Position numbers and translations under genes: made by a program. A model generated the notes under the pieces. It worked only from the letters and a program-made list of their open reading frames with translations, was not told where the DNA came from and did no database searches. A DNA stretch of 64,000 nucleotides from a virus. Location: IMG/VR virus record IMGVR_UViG_3300008267_000023, positions 19,218 through 83,217 of that record. One strand, written 5' to 3'. Each line of letters opens with the position of its first letter. The stretch's first letter is position 1. Positions 40,636 through 49,203 of the stretch are shown here, in pieces.

Positions 40636-40890
40636 ATGCTTGATAATTTTGTTGATGATACCCACGCACAAGAATGGTTATCTGAATTTTATGGAAAAAC
40701 AGATGAATATGTTCATTGCTTTAATACTGTTAGAGATAAACTCTTTGCTGAGTTTGATTCAAATACACAAGTAAATGCACATGTAATTCCTGTTATCCGT
40801 GATATTACTAATTTGTTAATTGCTACCACAAATAACAAAATCACTAAAAAATACGAGGGACTTTATCCAGATAATTATGGCACTATCTAA
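40636..40890 (+). CDS. hypothetical protein
   Basis: AAGGAG RBS. Confidence 0.5.
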   Translation: MLDNFVDDTHAQEWLSEFYGKTDEYVHCFNTVRDKLFAEFDSNTQVNAHVIPVIRDITNLLIATTNNKITKKYEGLYPDNYGTI

Positions 40891-41107
40891 ATCCGTTGAA
40901 GATTCACTTAAAGAAGCAGAAGCAAGTTTGCGTAATGCACTTGCTTATGCTGCACGTCAAGAACGTCCAATGGTTTGTAGTGTGATTGCAGACCTGATTA
41001 GTCGAATAGAATCACTCCAAAGCACTGATGCTATTCTTGATAAATTGGAAAATCGTAAACCAGGAGATTCTGGTTTTTTTGGAACTATGTTTGGGAAAAA
41101 TGACTGA
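40877..41107 (+). CDS. conserved cyanophage hypothetical protein
   Basis: MALSKSVEDSL...LRNALAYAARQERP. Confidence 0.6.
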   Translation: MALSKSVEDSLKEAEASLRNALAYAARQERPMVCSVIADLISRIESLQSTDAILDKLENRKPGDSGFFGTMFGKND

Positions 41108-41474
41108 AAAAGAACCAAATGAGTTTGGAAAAGCAATGCAAGAGTGGTGGGACTCCGATGCTTGCAAACAAATGCAGAAAGCAAATGAAGAAGCACGTCA
41201 ACGTGCAATTGGAAAGTATCATATGTTATCTGAAGAAGACAAGATTGATATGGTTGAAGCAATCACCTATATAATGTGCAATACAGAGAAGGAAGGAACA
41301 TCACATCGTGGATTGCAATCAGCACTTGGGATTTATCCTGGAGGCTTTTGGGTAAATTATCTTATGGATGTTCACAATGCTCTCTGGTCATATTATCATG
41401 ATGAAAGACAACAAAAAGAAGTTGAAGAGGACATTGAGCAACTAAAAGAATTTCTAAAAGAAGAGAATGATTAA
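41100..41474 (+). CDS. hypothetical protein
   Basis: Overlap-coupled ORF. Confidence 0.55.
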   Translation: MTEKEPNEFGKAMQEWWDSDACKQMQKANEEARQRAIGKYHMLSEEDKIDMVEAITYIMCNTEKEGTSHRGLQSALGIYPGGFWVNYLMDVHNALWSYYHDERQQKEVEEDIEQLKEFLKEEND

Positions 41475-42132
41475 CTACGATGAAATCTGGAATGATTATC
41501 AAAAAATTATCTTAGATGAATTAAATTTGGATTTAACTTCATCTGATGAATATGAAATCAATAATAATAAAATATTTTCTAATTTATATGGTGGAGAATA
41601 TTTTATTAAATCCAGAGAGACTGTTATCAATACAGGAAGTTCATCAATTTATAATAATATTATCTACCCCAAAACAGGGAAAAACCTCCCTTCTTTCGGG
41701 GTAGATTTAATGGCATTTATGGAAAAGAAAGTTATCATCGTATTTGACTTTCAGCATCCTACAGAGAATTATGATTTCGACCATGAATTAGTTAAAGAAT
41801 TAATGGGAGAGTATAAGTATAATACTAAAGAGATTAGGTTCTTTGAACCAGGAAATCATTTTTCAAATTATATTTTTGTGCGAAAGTGTACTGTACATGA
41901 AGTTGGAAATTATTTAAATGATTTTAGGAAATATATTTCAACTTATAGAAAAATGGTAGAAGATGCAAAACCAAGTGAAACTGAAGAAACACTTTATGCT
42001 GATTTCGATACTTATATGCATAAACTAGATCCAGTTAGTGGATTTATGGAATCTAGATTTGGAAAGGAATTTGCTAAGAATTACGTTGATAATTTTCTTT
42101 TTCCATACGCAAAGTTACAAACCTTTACTTAA
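41467..42132 (+). CDS. pebS: ferredoxin-dependent bilin reductase, phycoerythrobilin synthase
   Basis: YPKTG.NLP.FG.DLM.F..KKVIIVFDFQHP, RFFE.GNHFS and DFDTYM..LDPV match PebS; both catalytic Asp present. Confidence 0.85.
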   Translation: MINYDEIWNDYQKIILDELNLDLTSSDEYEINNNKIFSNLYGGEYFIKSRETVINTGSSSIYNNIIYPKTGKNLPSFGVDLMAFMEKKVIIVFDFQHPTENYDFDHELVKELMGEYKYNTKEIRFFEPGNHFSNYIFVRKCTVHEVGNYLNDFRKYISTYRKMVEDAKPSETEETLYADFDTYMHKLDPVSGFMESRFGKEFAKNYVDNFLFPYAKLQTFT

Positions 42133-42206
42133 ATCTAAAGACAACATTAAGAAAACGGTGATATGCTAGATACTATGTTAGGATATGCTCATCAATTGAG
42201 ACCACT

Positions 42207-42383
42207 ATGACCTATTCAGAAAATTTTAATTCAGAACTTTCTAATGATGAGTGGAGTGAGTTGGTTGCACTTAAAGATGTAATTAACCAAAATCCAGCAG
42301 CAGTGCATCCAGAAAAAATGGAACTTTTTACTGCACTTTTTGTTAAGTCTCTTGAGGGAAAAGGTAATACGACTCCATTATGA
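42207..42383 (+). CDS. hypothetical protein
   Basis: 58 aa: EWSELVALK...PAAVHPEKMELF. Confidence 0.5.
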   Translation: MTYSENFNSELSNDEWSELVALKDVINQNPAAVHPEKMELFTALFVKSLEGKGNTTPL

Positions 42384-42555
42384 CTACTGAAAAAACATCA
42401 GAACAAATTCTAAGGGAATTAGAAGAACTTAGAATACGAGTTGCAATTCTAGAAGAAGATACTAAAGTCCTTCAGTTACAACTTGATTTAACTCAGCAAT
42501 CAATAGACGCAGTGTTTGACCTCTGATAAATACTCAGAGGTCTTTTTGTGTTTAT

Positions 42556-43386
42556 ATGCTTTCTGAAGGTAGAAAAAGAGATGCTGCAGCAAATGCAGTT
42601 TTAGCACTTTCATTTGCTGCAAATGCAGCACAATCTCCTCAATCATTAGTAAGATCTGGACACGATGCTGCTCCAAGTCTTCCTTTAATGGGAGAACTGA
42701 TGAGAAAGAGGAAGGAAGCAAATAGAAATTTGGATAGTCCAAGAGTATCAGAACCAGCACGTAATCGTAAGAGAAAAACATTTAAAGAGTTTGTAGAAGA
42801 AGCAGTAATAATTACTGAAGGAGCACACTTCTCAACTAGAGATGAGTTGATAAAACATCATGGAGGAAAACTACCAGATGGAACCTTTATTAAAAATAGA
42901 GGAACAAAAGAGAATCCTAGGTATGGAATTGCTTCATCTCAAGCTAGAGAAAAGCATAAACAAGACCGTGAAGAAAGAACTAAAAAAGCAACAGGGCAAC
43001 TAACCCCAAGGGAAAAGGCAAAAGTTGAACGTAAACGTAAATTAGCAAGAGAACGTGGAGCAGAACTTCATCACGCAACTGAAATAGAAACTTCTGGTAA
43101 AGAAATGAAGGATATGTCTCCTGGTGATGTGTTGAGATATAAGAAAAAGCAAGCACAAGAGAAGAAGTATCACGGCAATGACCCTAAAAATCTAGTTGTT
43201 GCTGATAAAAGTCCAGTATCAAAGTTTAAACCCCAAAAACCAGGATTTCACCATGGTAAGTTCCATGCATTTGAAAGAGGTAATCGTAGAAAACTAGAAG
43301 ATATTGGTAATGCTATTACTCCTATGAGAGCTTTCACTACTCTTGTGAATAAAGCAAGAAGAAAGACTAGAAGAGGTGAAGATTAA
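42556..43386 (+). CDS. putative internal head protein with HNH-like C-terminal domain
   Basis: Internal KTFKEFVEEA; ELHH...GNDPKNL...HHGKFH; ATAAATA upstream. Confidence 0.55.
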   Translation: MLSEGRKRDAAANAVLALSFAANAAQSPQSLVRSGHDAAPSLPLMGELMRKRKEANRNLDSPRVSEPARNRKRKTFKEFVEEAVIITEGAHFSTRDELIKHHGGKLPDGTFIKNRGTKENPRYGIASSQAREKHKQDREERTKKATGQLTPREKAKVERKRKLARERGAELHHATEIETSGKEMKDMSPGDVLRYKKKQAQEKKYHGNDPKNLVVADKSPVSKFKPQKPGFHHGKFHAFERGNRRKLEDIGNAITPMRAFTTLVNKARRKTRRGED

Positions 43387-43413
43387 ATAAATAAAAGAAA
43401 AGTCATAAAAAAG

Positions 43414-43872
43414 ATGAAGACCTTTAGAGAGTTCCTAGAAGAAGCATACATCTACGAGATGCGTAAAGAGGATGAAGTAAAGGGAGAAAAGAGAACTCCT
43501 CTTTATGTAAGTAAAACTTCTGGAAGAGTTGTGAAGAACCCTGAGACTGGTCGTTCAGAAGTTAAAAAATCAACAAGAACTTCACTATCACCTAGAGCAG
43601 CAATCGGTAGATTGAAGCAGGGTATGAAAGACCCTCTCAACACCTATAGTCAACCAGAAACTTATGGTGCTACTAGACACGCACACGGTGGTGGTGGAAG
43701 TGGAGCAAAGGCACCTGGAAGAAAGAGAGGTGTTGGTAAGTTAGAGCAACAAAAGATTGATAAGGCACAAAGAGAAAGAGGTGAGAGACCATTGGGTTCG
43801 GGTCCATCTCCAGAATATAAAGTTGCATTGAAGAAAGCAAAAAGAGCACGTTCAATGGGTGGTGGGCAATGA
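43414..43872 (+). CDS. putative internal head protein
   Basis: N-terminal MKTFREFLEEA; very basic. Confidence 0.6.
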   Translation: MKTFREFLEEAYIYEMRKEDEVKGEKRTPLYVSKTSGRVVKNPETGRSEVKKSTRTSLSPRAAIGRLKQGMKDPLNTYSQPETYGATRHAHGGGGSGAKAPGRKRGVGKLEQQKIDKAQRERGERPLGSGPSPEYKVALKKAKRARSMGGGQ

Positions 43873-44717
43873 AGACTTTTCGGGAATTTATTTCTGAAGC
43901 AAAGAAGTGTTGGCCTGGATATAAGAAAAAAGGCACACAAAAACTCTTCGGAAAGACTTATAATCGTTGTGTGAAAGAGGATACCGAAGAACTTGAAGAA
44001 AGTTCAACAGGTGAAAGAAGTGGTAGAAGAACACGAGGCAAGGTAACTCTTGCTCGTGGTCGTGGTGCTGATATGAAAAGGCAGGAGAGAACTACTGCTG
44101 CGATTGCAAAGAAAGCAGGTCTCAAAGGAACTGGTAAGTATTCCACCAATGATTTGAGAACTAGACCATATGATTATACAACTTATGATAGTGAAGATAC
44201 TTATGATGATTATGGTAGCACCGAGCAGGACCATTATATCCGCACTCACGCATCAGCAAGATCAGCAGCAAAGGGAGAGAGTTTAATTAAGAAATATAAA
44301 GAGAGAAGAAAAGACCCACAAGGAAACACTAGAGTTAAAACTGCACCTTCAAGTGAGAGTGTGAGAAGAGTGAGAGATTTTAGAAAGCAAATGACTAAAA
44401 CAGGTGCTAATAAGAGAGGTCCAGTTCATACTGTAGATATTATGCATCGTGATAGTGAAGTTGGAAAAGGTGATAAGGACCAACAAATGGAAAGAGGTAG
44501 AAACTTTATCCAAGCACTAAAAGATACTCCAAAGCATCTAAAAGCGGCAGGAGCAAAGAAAGGTGAGGCTGTAATTGGTAAACCAACAGCAGTTATGTCT
44601 GGTGAAGACCAGAAGACTGGAGTAGCAAAGAGAGCAAAACTTTATAAGAAAGTATTTGGTAAGAGAAGCACTAAAAAGTCTGAAAAGACTGGTCTTATGA
44701 CAGGAAAGGTAGACTAA
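43869..44717 (+). CDS. putative internal head protein
   Basis: N-terminal MKTFREFISEA; CWPGY...NRCV motif; basic. Confidence 0.6.
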   Translation: MKTFREFISEAKKCWPGYKKKGTQKLFGKTYNRCVKEDTEELEESSTGERSGRRTRGKVTLARGRGADMKRQERTTAAIAKKAGLKGTGKYSTNDLRTRPYDYTTYDSEDTYDDYGSTEQDHYIRTHASARSAAKGESLIKKYKERRKDPQGNTRVKTAPSSESVRRVRDFRKQMTKTGANKRGPVHTVDIMHRDSEVGKGDKDQQMERGRNFIQALKDTPKHLKAAGAKKGEAVIGKPTAVMSGEDQKTGVAKRAKLYKKVFGKRSTKKSEKTGLMTGKVD

Positions 44718-45337
44718 TGAAATCATTCACTCAATTTCTAGAAGAAGCATATTTCATTCTGGAAAAGAAAAGACAATATGATGATGGGCACGGATTTGAT
44801 AGGTCAAAGCATCCTGATTTAGAAATTGATTATGACCGTCCTAGGGGTAAAGACCAGGACCAAAGCATAAGAGGTTATACAAGAATTCATCATAAACCAA
44901 GTGGTATAACGTATGAGGTAAATCACGATAAGAGACATAGCTCTGATGATGAACATGAGCATATGTATGATGCAAAATTGCAAGGAAAAGCAAGAGAAGC
45001 ACACGGACATAAACCAGAACATAATATCCGTTGGGACCACTCCAAACCTTGGAGAGAACGAGATAAGATGAGCAAAGGTGAAAAAATAAAGGCTGCTAGA
45101 GATGCAAAAAGAGTCTGGGATAAGCACATCAAACATAGAATTCCCAGTGGGCATCTAGTATCCAATGAACCAGATGAAAATTCTGATGATAAGAGAAGAG
45201 ACCCAGATAAAAATACAAGAGCATCCATTTATAAGAAATCTGGATTTGGTAAGGTTAATCGTTGGGGAGTTCAATACTCTACAAAGATTGGAAATAAACT
45301 TCATCCAGTCAATGATGACGATGGTGATGACGATTGA
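44717..45337 (+). CDS. putative internal head protein, possible GNAT-like fold
   Basis: N-terminal MKSFTQFLEEA; RASIYKKSGFG. Confidence 0.55.
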   Translation: MKSFTQFLEEAYFILEKKRQYDDGHGFDRSKHPDLEIDYDRPRGKDQDQSIRGYTRIHHKPSGITYEVNHDKRHSSDDEHEHMYDAKLQGKAREAHGHKPEHNIRWDHSKPWRERDKMSKGEKIKAARDAKRVWDKHIKHRIPSGHLVSNEPDENSDDKRRDPDKNTRASIYKKSGFGKVNRWGVQYSTKIGNKLHPVNDDDGDDD

Positions 45338-45363
45338 AACTAAATAAATAAAAAACTGTAAAT

Positions 45364-46398
45364 ATGGATTCCCAAGACTTACGCAATCTTCACGAAGCAT
45401 ATTCTAATGTTTACGAACAGCAGATTGGTGTCCCTCTAAAGGATGCATCTGACCGTGCTGCAAAGGAACAACTTAAGAAGATGATTCCAAAGGGAGAAAA
45501 AATCCATACTCCTAAAGCAACATTACAAAATGCTGCTTATGAACCAGAAGGTGATGAGATTGAAGAGGATGTAAGAAATAGAGATATAAATGCCAGAGGT
45601 GGGTTTGACCCAAGATTTGACAAAAGACCAACAACTACTGGTAGTGGACAAGTCAGAACTCCTGGTGGACCTGTAAAAACTCCTGGTGGACCTGTAAAAA
45701 CTCCTGGTGGTCCAGTATCAACCCCAAGACCAACAGGACCAGTAGCACAAGCACCAAAACCTGCTGGTGGTATTCTTGGAACATTGGATAAGGCTGCTAG
45801 AGATACTGCAGGCAAAGTTGGTGAAGTAGTTGGTAGAGAAACAGCAAAGAGTGTTCCTGGTGCAAATCTTCCTATTCTTGGTGATGTGATTAAAAATGAA
45901 GGTGGAAGAAGAGGAAGAAATCAAGGACAACAGATGTATGATAAAGCAAAGGAAACTGTCGGTAGTTTTCTGAAGCAAGATTATGAACCAGATTTGTTTG
46001 ATGTTATTCTTGAATATCTGGTTGCAGAAGGATATGCAGATACCAATGAGAATGCATTAGTGATTATGGCAAATATGAGTGAAGAGTGGAGAGAAACTAT
46101 TCTTGAAGCAGAAGTTCTTGCTATGAAAGGTGGAGTTCCTGGTTCAGTAAAGGTTAGACCATCTTTAAGTATTCCTGGAACTAATATTGGTGTTGGTCCA
46201 AATAAACCAGTTCCTGGAACTTTTACAACCACAACTCCAGGTCAGAGAGATAAAATTAAGCAAGGTGATACTCACATTGACCGTGGTGTAGGTGGTATGC
46301 AACCAAGACAAGGTGCAGGTCCAACTGGGCAAGAAAGAAGAAGATATAATACACAAATTGCACAAAGTAGAACTCCTGGAAAACCAATGCCACAGTGA
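45364..46398 (+). CDS. putative internal head protein
   Basis: DLRNLHEAY N-terminus; DLFDVILEYLVAEGYA...MSEEW module; TAAATA upstream. Confidence 0.55.
   Translation: MDSQDLRNLHEAYSNVYEQQIGVPLKDASDRAAKEQLKKMIPKGEKIHTPKATLQNAAYEPEGDEIEEDVRNRDINARGGFDPRFDKRPTTTGSGQVRTPGGPVKTPGGPVKTPGGPVSTPRPTGPVAQAPKPAGGILGTLDKAARDTAGKVGEVVGRETAKSVPGANLPILGDVIKNEGGRRGRNQGQQMYDKAKETVGSFLKQDYEPDLFDVILEYLVAEGYADTNENALVIMANMSEEWRETILEAEVLAMKGGVPGSVKVRPSLSIPGTNIGVGPNKPVPGTFTTTTPGQRDKIKQGDTHIDRGVGGMQPRQGAGPTGQERRRYNTQIAQSRTPGKPMPQ
45658..45720 (+). repeat. in-frame 21-bp tandem repeat x3 (TPGGPVK)
   Basis: actcctggtggacctgtaaaa twice plus a degenerate third copy. Confidence 0.9.
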
Positions 46399-46454
46399 GA
46401 CCACTTCCCAAACTGTCCCCAGACCCCGCAAGGGGTCTTTTTTTGTGCTACAAT
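46399..46454 (+). promoter_or_regulatory. early promoter overlapping an intrinsic terminator
   Basis: GACCACTT..AACTGTCC dyad; agacccc-gcaa-ggggtct-T run; TGCTACAAT. Confidence 0.75.
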
Positions 46455-46475
46455 ATTCTCAATCACAAGACTCCT

Positions 46476-46883
46476 ATGGAACTTACAGTTGTTGCAATCA
46501 AACGTGAAGATGGTTTGTATCACTTTGACCATCCTCATAATGATACAGTTGAAGAACTGCTGATGAATGGAACTGAAGAAGCAATTGATGAGCATTGCTA
46601 CTTCAAGACTGGAAAGTATCCGATTGAGGGTGATGAAGTTGAGATTTCTCTCTTCCTTGAAGAACCTGCTGATTATGATACTTTGCTTGTGAAAGAAGTA
46701 TCTGATGAAGAAGGAACAACTTATACTGATACAACGATGTGTGTTCCTGTTTGGTTGTGCCCTTGGTTGCAAGGATACTTTGGTGATGTTCCTGAAGAAA
46801 TTTACATCAAAGTGCGTCCAATTAACAACGGTCTTGAGAGTTTCGTTGCTGCTACTGGTATGAGAGGTTTTTTGAATAAATAA
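46476..46883 (+). CDS. hypothetical protein
   Basis: WLCPWLQGYFGDVPEEIY motif; first gene after the promoter. Confidence 0.6.
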   Translation: MELTVVAIKREDGLYHFDHPHNDTVEELLMNGTEEAIDEHCYFKTGKYPIEGDEVEISLFLEEPADYDTLLVKEVSDEEGTTYTDTTMCVPVWLCPWLQGYFGDVPEEIYIKVRPINNGLESFVAATGMRGFLNK

Positions 46884-46900
46884 AAGAAAAAAGTAGTCAG

Positions 46901-47059
46901 ATGAAACCAACTCCAAGAGAATTGCAAGAAACTTATAAAACCTATGAAAGTCTTGTGGAGCATTTAATATCAGAGGGTTATGCAGATGATAAAGAATCTG
47001 CAGATAAGATTATTGAAGGTATGAGTCAAACCTGGTATAATCTTATCATCAACGACTGA
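46901..47059 (+). CDS. 52-aa stand-alone copy of the LxxEGYA...MSxxW module
   Basis: LVEHLISEGYADDKESADKIIEGMSQTW; ATAAATA upstream. Confidence 0.65.
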   Translation: MKPTPRELQETYKTYESLVEHLISEGYADDKESADKIIEGMSQTWYNLIIND

Positions 47060-47115
47060 GGACACTTTCGGAACTGTCCACCAGTCTTGCCAGGCACCCC
47101 AAGAGGTGCTATGAT
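47060..47115 (+). promoter_or_regulatory. early promoter
   Basis: GGACACTT..AACTGTCCAC; TTGCCA-17-TATGAT. Confidence 0.8.
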
Positions 47116-47144
47116 TACAAGGTAATCGAGAGGGGAAACCACCA

Positions 47145-47375
47145 ATGTCCTTGATTGAATTCACTAATTCTTCTGCCATCTCCAAGATTTCTTTTAATCA
47201 CGATGATGGGGAGATTGGTGTTGCTTTTACTGCTAATCCTGATAAGTATTACTACTTCCAATGTGAAGACGTAGACAACTTTATTGAAAAGTTGGAAGAA
47301 ACTGTAAATGCAAACGAGAGTCTCGGGAAGTTTATTTCTGGTCTTCGTAAAGATGGGACTTTGATTTCCGTTTGA
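47145..47375 (+). CDS. KTSC-domain protein
   Basis: SSAISKISFN...IGVAF...YYY pattern; adjacent to tRNAs. Confidence 0.6.
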   Translation: MSLIEFTNSSAISKISFNHDDGEIGVAFTANPDKYYYFQCEDVDNFIEKLEETVNANESLGKFISGLRKDGTLISV

Positions 47376-47409
47376 TTACACTGCTATTCGTTATTTGCGA
47401 ATAGCAAAT

Positions 47410-47482
47410 GCTGGTTTAGCAATCTGGCGAATGCAATCGACTCATAATCGATGGGAGGCGAGTTCGATCCTCGCAACCAGCA
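47410..47482 (+). tRNA. tRNA with CAT anticodon (Met or lysidine Ile2)
   Basis: Cloverleaf; atcga-ctCATaa-tcgat. Confidence 0.85.
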
Positions 47483-47483
47483 C

Positions 47484-47512
47484 TTGACAATCTGAGGTTC
47501 CTGCCTTATGAT
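47484..47512 (+). promoter_or_regulatory. sigma70-like promoter
   Basis: TTGACA-17-TATGAT. Confidence 0.7.
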
Positions 47513-47530
47513 TGTCATATAACCAACCAA

Positions 47531-47605
47531 GGGACTGTTGCTTATTGGTTAAAGCCCACTGCTTATAACGGTGTGAACAGAGTTCAATTCTCTGCAGTCC
47601 TACCA
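47531..47605 (+). tRNA. tRNA-Ile(TAT)
   Basis: cactg-ctTATaa-cggtg; encoded CCA. Confidence 0.85.
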
Positions 47606-47621
47606 AAAAAAAAAACTAAAT

Positions 47622-47705
47622 GGGAGCGTGGCGGAATCGGTAGACGCATCTGACTTAAAATCAGCTGGGAGTAGTCCCGTGGGAGTTCAAGTCTCCCCGT
47701 TCCTA
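47622..47705 (+). tRNA. tRNA-Leu(TAA)
   Basis: Long variable arm; ctTAAaa. Confidence 0.9.
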
Positions 47706-47756
47706 CTTGCCCGAAAGGGCAAATCGTACAATCTAACTTATAGAATTATCTAACTT

Positions 47757-48338
47757 ATGATTACGACTGAAAGATTCAAAAAAATCTGTGAAACAGAATT
47801 TGACTGGAACATGATTTTTGGGGCAGTGAAAGATGCCTACAATGATAAAGGATTTAAGAGCAATTCAGATAACTTTTTGCGAGCAAAGGTATTTGAACTT
47901 GCTATTGCTTGCTTCTCCCAAGTTGAATACATTGACGAAGATGGAGTTGACTTTCTCCTGAAAGTTCTTGGAGACTGTATTCGAATTGAAGCAAAGTTCC
48001 TCAAGGGTTTCTTTAAGAAGGACGGAACTTGCAAAGAAGTAAAAATGAAAAATTATCGGGGAGATGTAACTGAGGTTGCTTTTAACCGATATCAAACTGA
48101 AAATAAATTTGATTATGTAATGATTATTGACCGTGATTCATATAAGGTTGCGATTGCTTCCCGTGAAACGGCACAAAAGTATTATGTGAGCAAAGGTGAT
48201 GGAGTGATGGTGCAGTTTCCTATCAATGAACTCAGTGTTCTTGATTTGGATATTGCAAACTTTACTTTCCCAGAATCACCTGATAGACTGTCTGACCTCC
48301 TTCGGGAAACAATGATTAACTGGATTAAAAATAGATGA
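47757..48338 (+). CDS. PD-(D/E)XK nuclease, restriction-endonuclease-like
   Basis: E...DGVDF...IEAK catalytic pattern; ATGA overlap with the MTase. Confidence 0.6.
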   Translation: MITTERFKKICETEFDWNMIFGAVKDAYNDKGFKSNSDNFLRAKVFELAIACFSQVEYIDEDGVDFLLKVLGDCIRIEAKFLKGFFKKDGTCKEVKMKNYRGDVTEVAFNRYQTENKFDYVMIIDRDSYKVAIASRETAQKYYVSKGDGVMVQFPINELSVLDLDIANFTFPESPDRLSDLLRETMINWIKNR

Positions 48339-49174
48339 AACAATTCCCATTAAAGACTATGCTCCGTTACCCTGGAGGCAAGAGTAAAGCACTAAAGACT
48401 CTTGCTCCTTGGTTTCCGAGTGACTTCAAAGAGTTCCGTGAACCATTCTTGGGTGGTGGAAGCATTTCTTTAATGATTTCTCAAAACTACCCAAAGGTTC
48501 CTATTTGGGTGAATGACAAATACTTTTATCTCTATAACTTCTGGGTTCAACTTCGTGATAATGGTCAAACATTATCGGAAAGGTTGAGAGCAATCAAAGA
48601 AGAAGTAAATGGAGATGATGAAGCACATAAAGACTTGTTCAATCGGTATCAGAGTGACATTGAAACTCTTGAACCTTTTGAACAAGCAATTGCTTTTTTC
48701 ATTCTAAACAAGTGTTCTTATTCTGGTTTGACTGAGAATTCTACATTCTCAGTTCAAGCATCACGTTCTAACTTTTCTCTTGTTGGTATTGACAAACTTC
48801 CAAAGTATTCATACATCATTAAAAACTGGAAAATCACAAACATTGATTATGAACCAGTGATGAACGATGCTGGTGATAACGTATTTGTCTTTCTTGACCC
48901 TCCTTACGACATTAAAGATTTCCTTTATGGAACGGGAAGGAAACTACACTCCTCATTCTCACACGAAAGATTTGCGGATGATGTAGATAATTGTCCTCAT
49001 CGTTTTATGATTACTTACAACCTTAATGATTGGTTGTTGAATCGTTATAAAGAGTATAATCTTAACGAGTGGAAACTTAGATACTCTATGGTTCACCGTG
49101 GAGAGAAGGGAACTCAAGACAATGTGAAGACAGAATTGCTAATTACCAATTACCAACAAGATTCGATTATATAA
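48335..49174 (+). CDS. dam: Dam-family DNA adenine methyltransferase
   Basis: LRYPGGKS, EPFLGGGS, FLDPPY, ELLITNY. Confidence 0.92.
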   Translation: MKQFPLKTMLRYPGGKSKALKTLAPWFPSDFKEFREPFLGGGSISLMISQNYPKVPIWVNDKYFYLYNFWVQLRDNGQTLSERLRAIKEEVNGDDEAHKDLFNRYQSDIETLEPFEQAIAFFILNKCSYSGLTENSTFSVQASRSNFSLVGIDKLPKYSYIIKNWKITNIDYEPVMNDAGDNVFVFLDPPYDIKDFLYGTGRKLHSSFSHERFADDVDNCPHRFMITYNLNDWLLNRYKEYNLNEWKLRYSMVHRGEKGTQDNVKTELLITNYQQDSII

Positions 49175-49203
49175 ATAAAATATATAAGAATTATACAAAA
49201 CCA

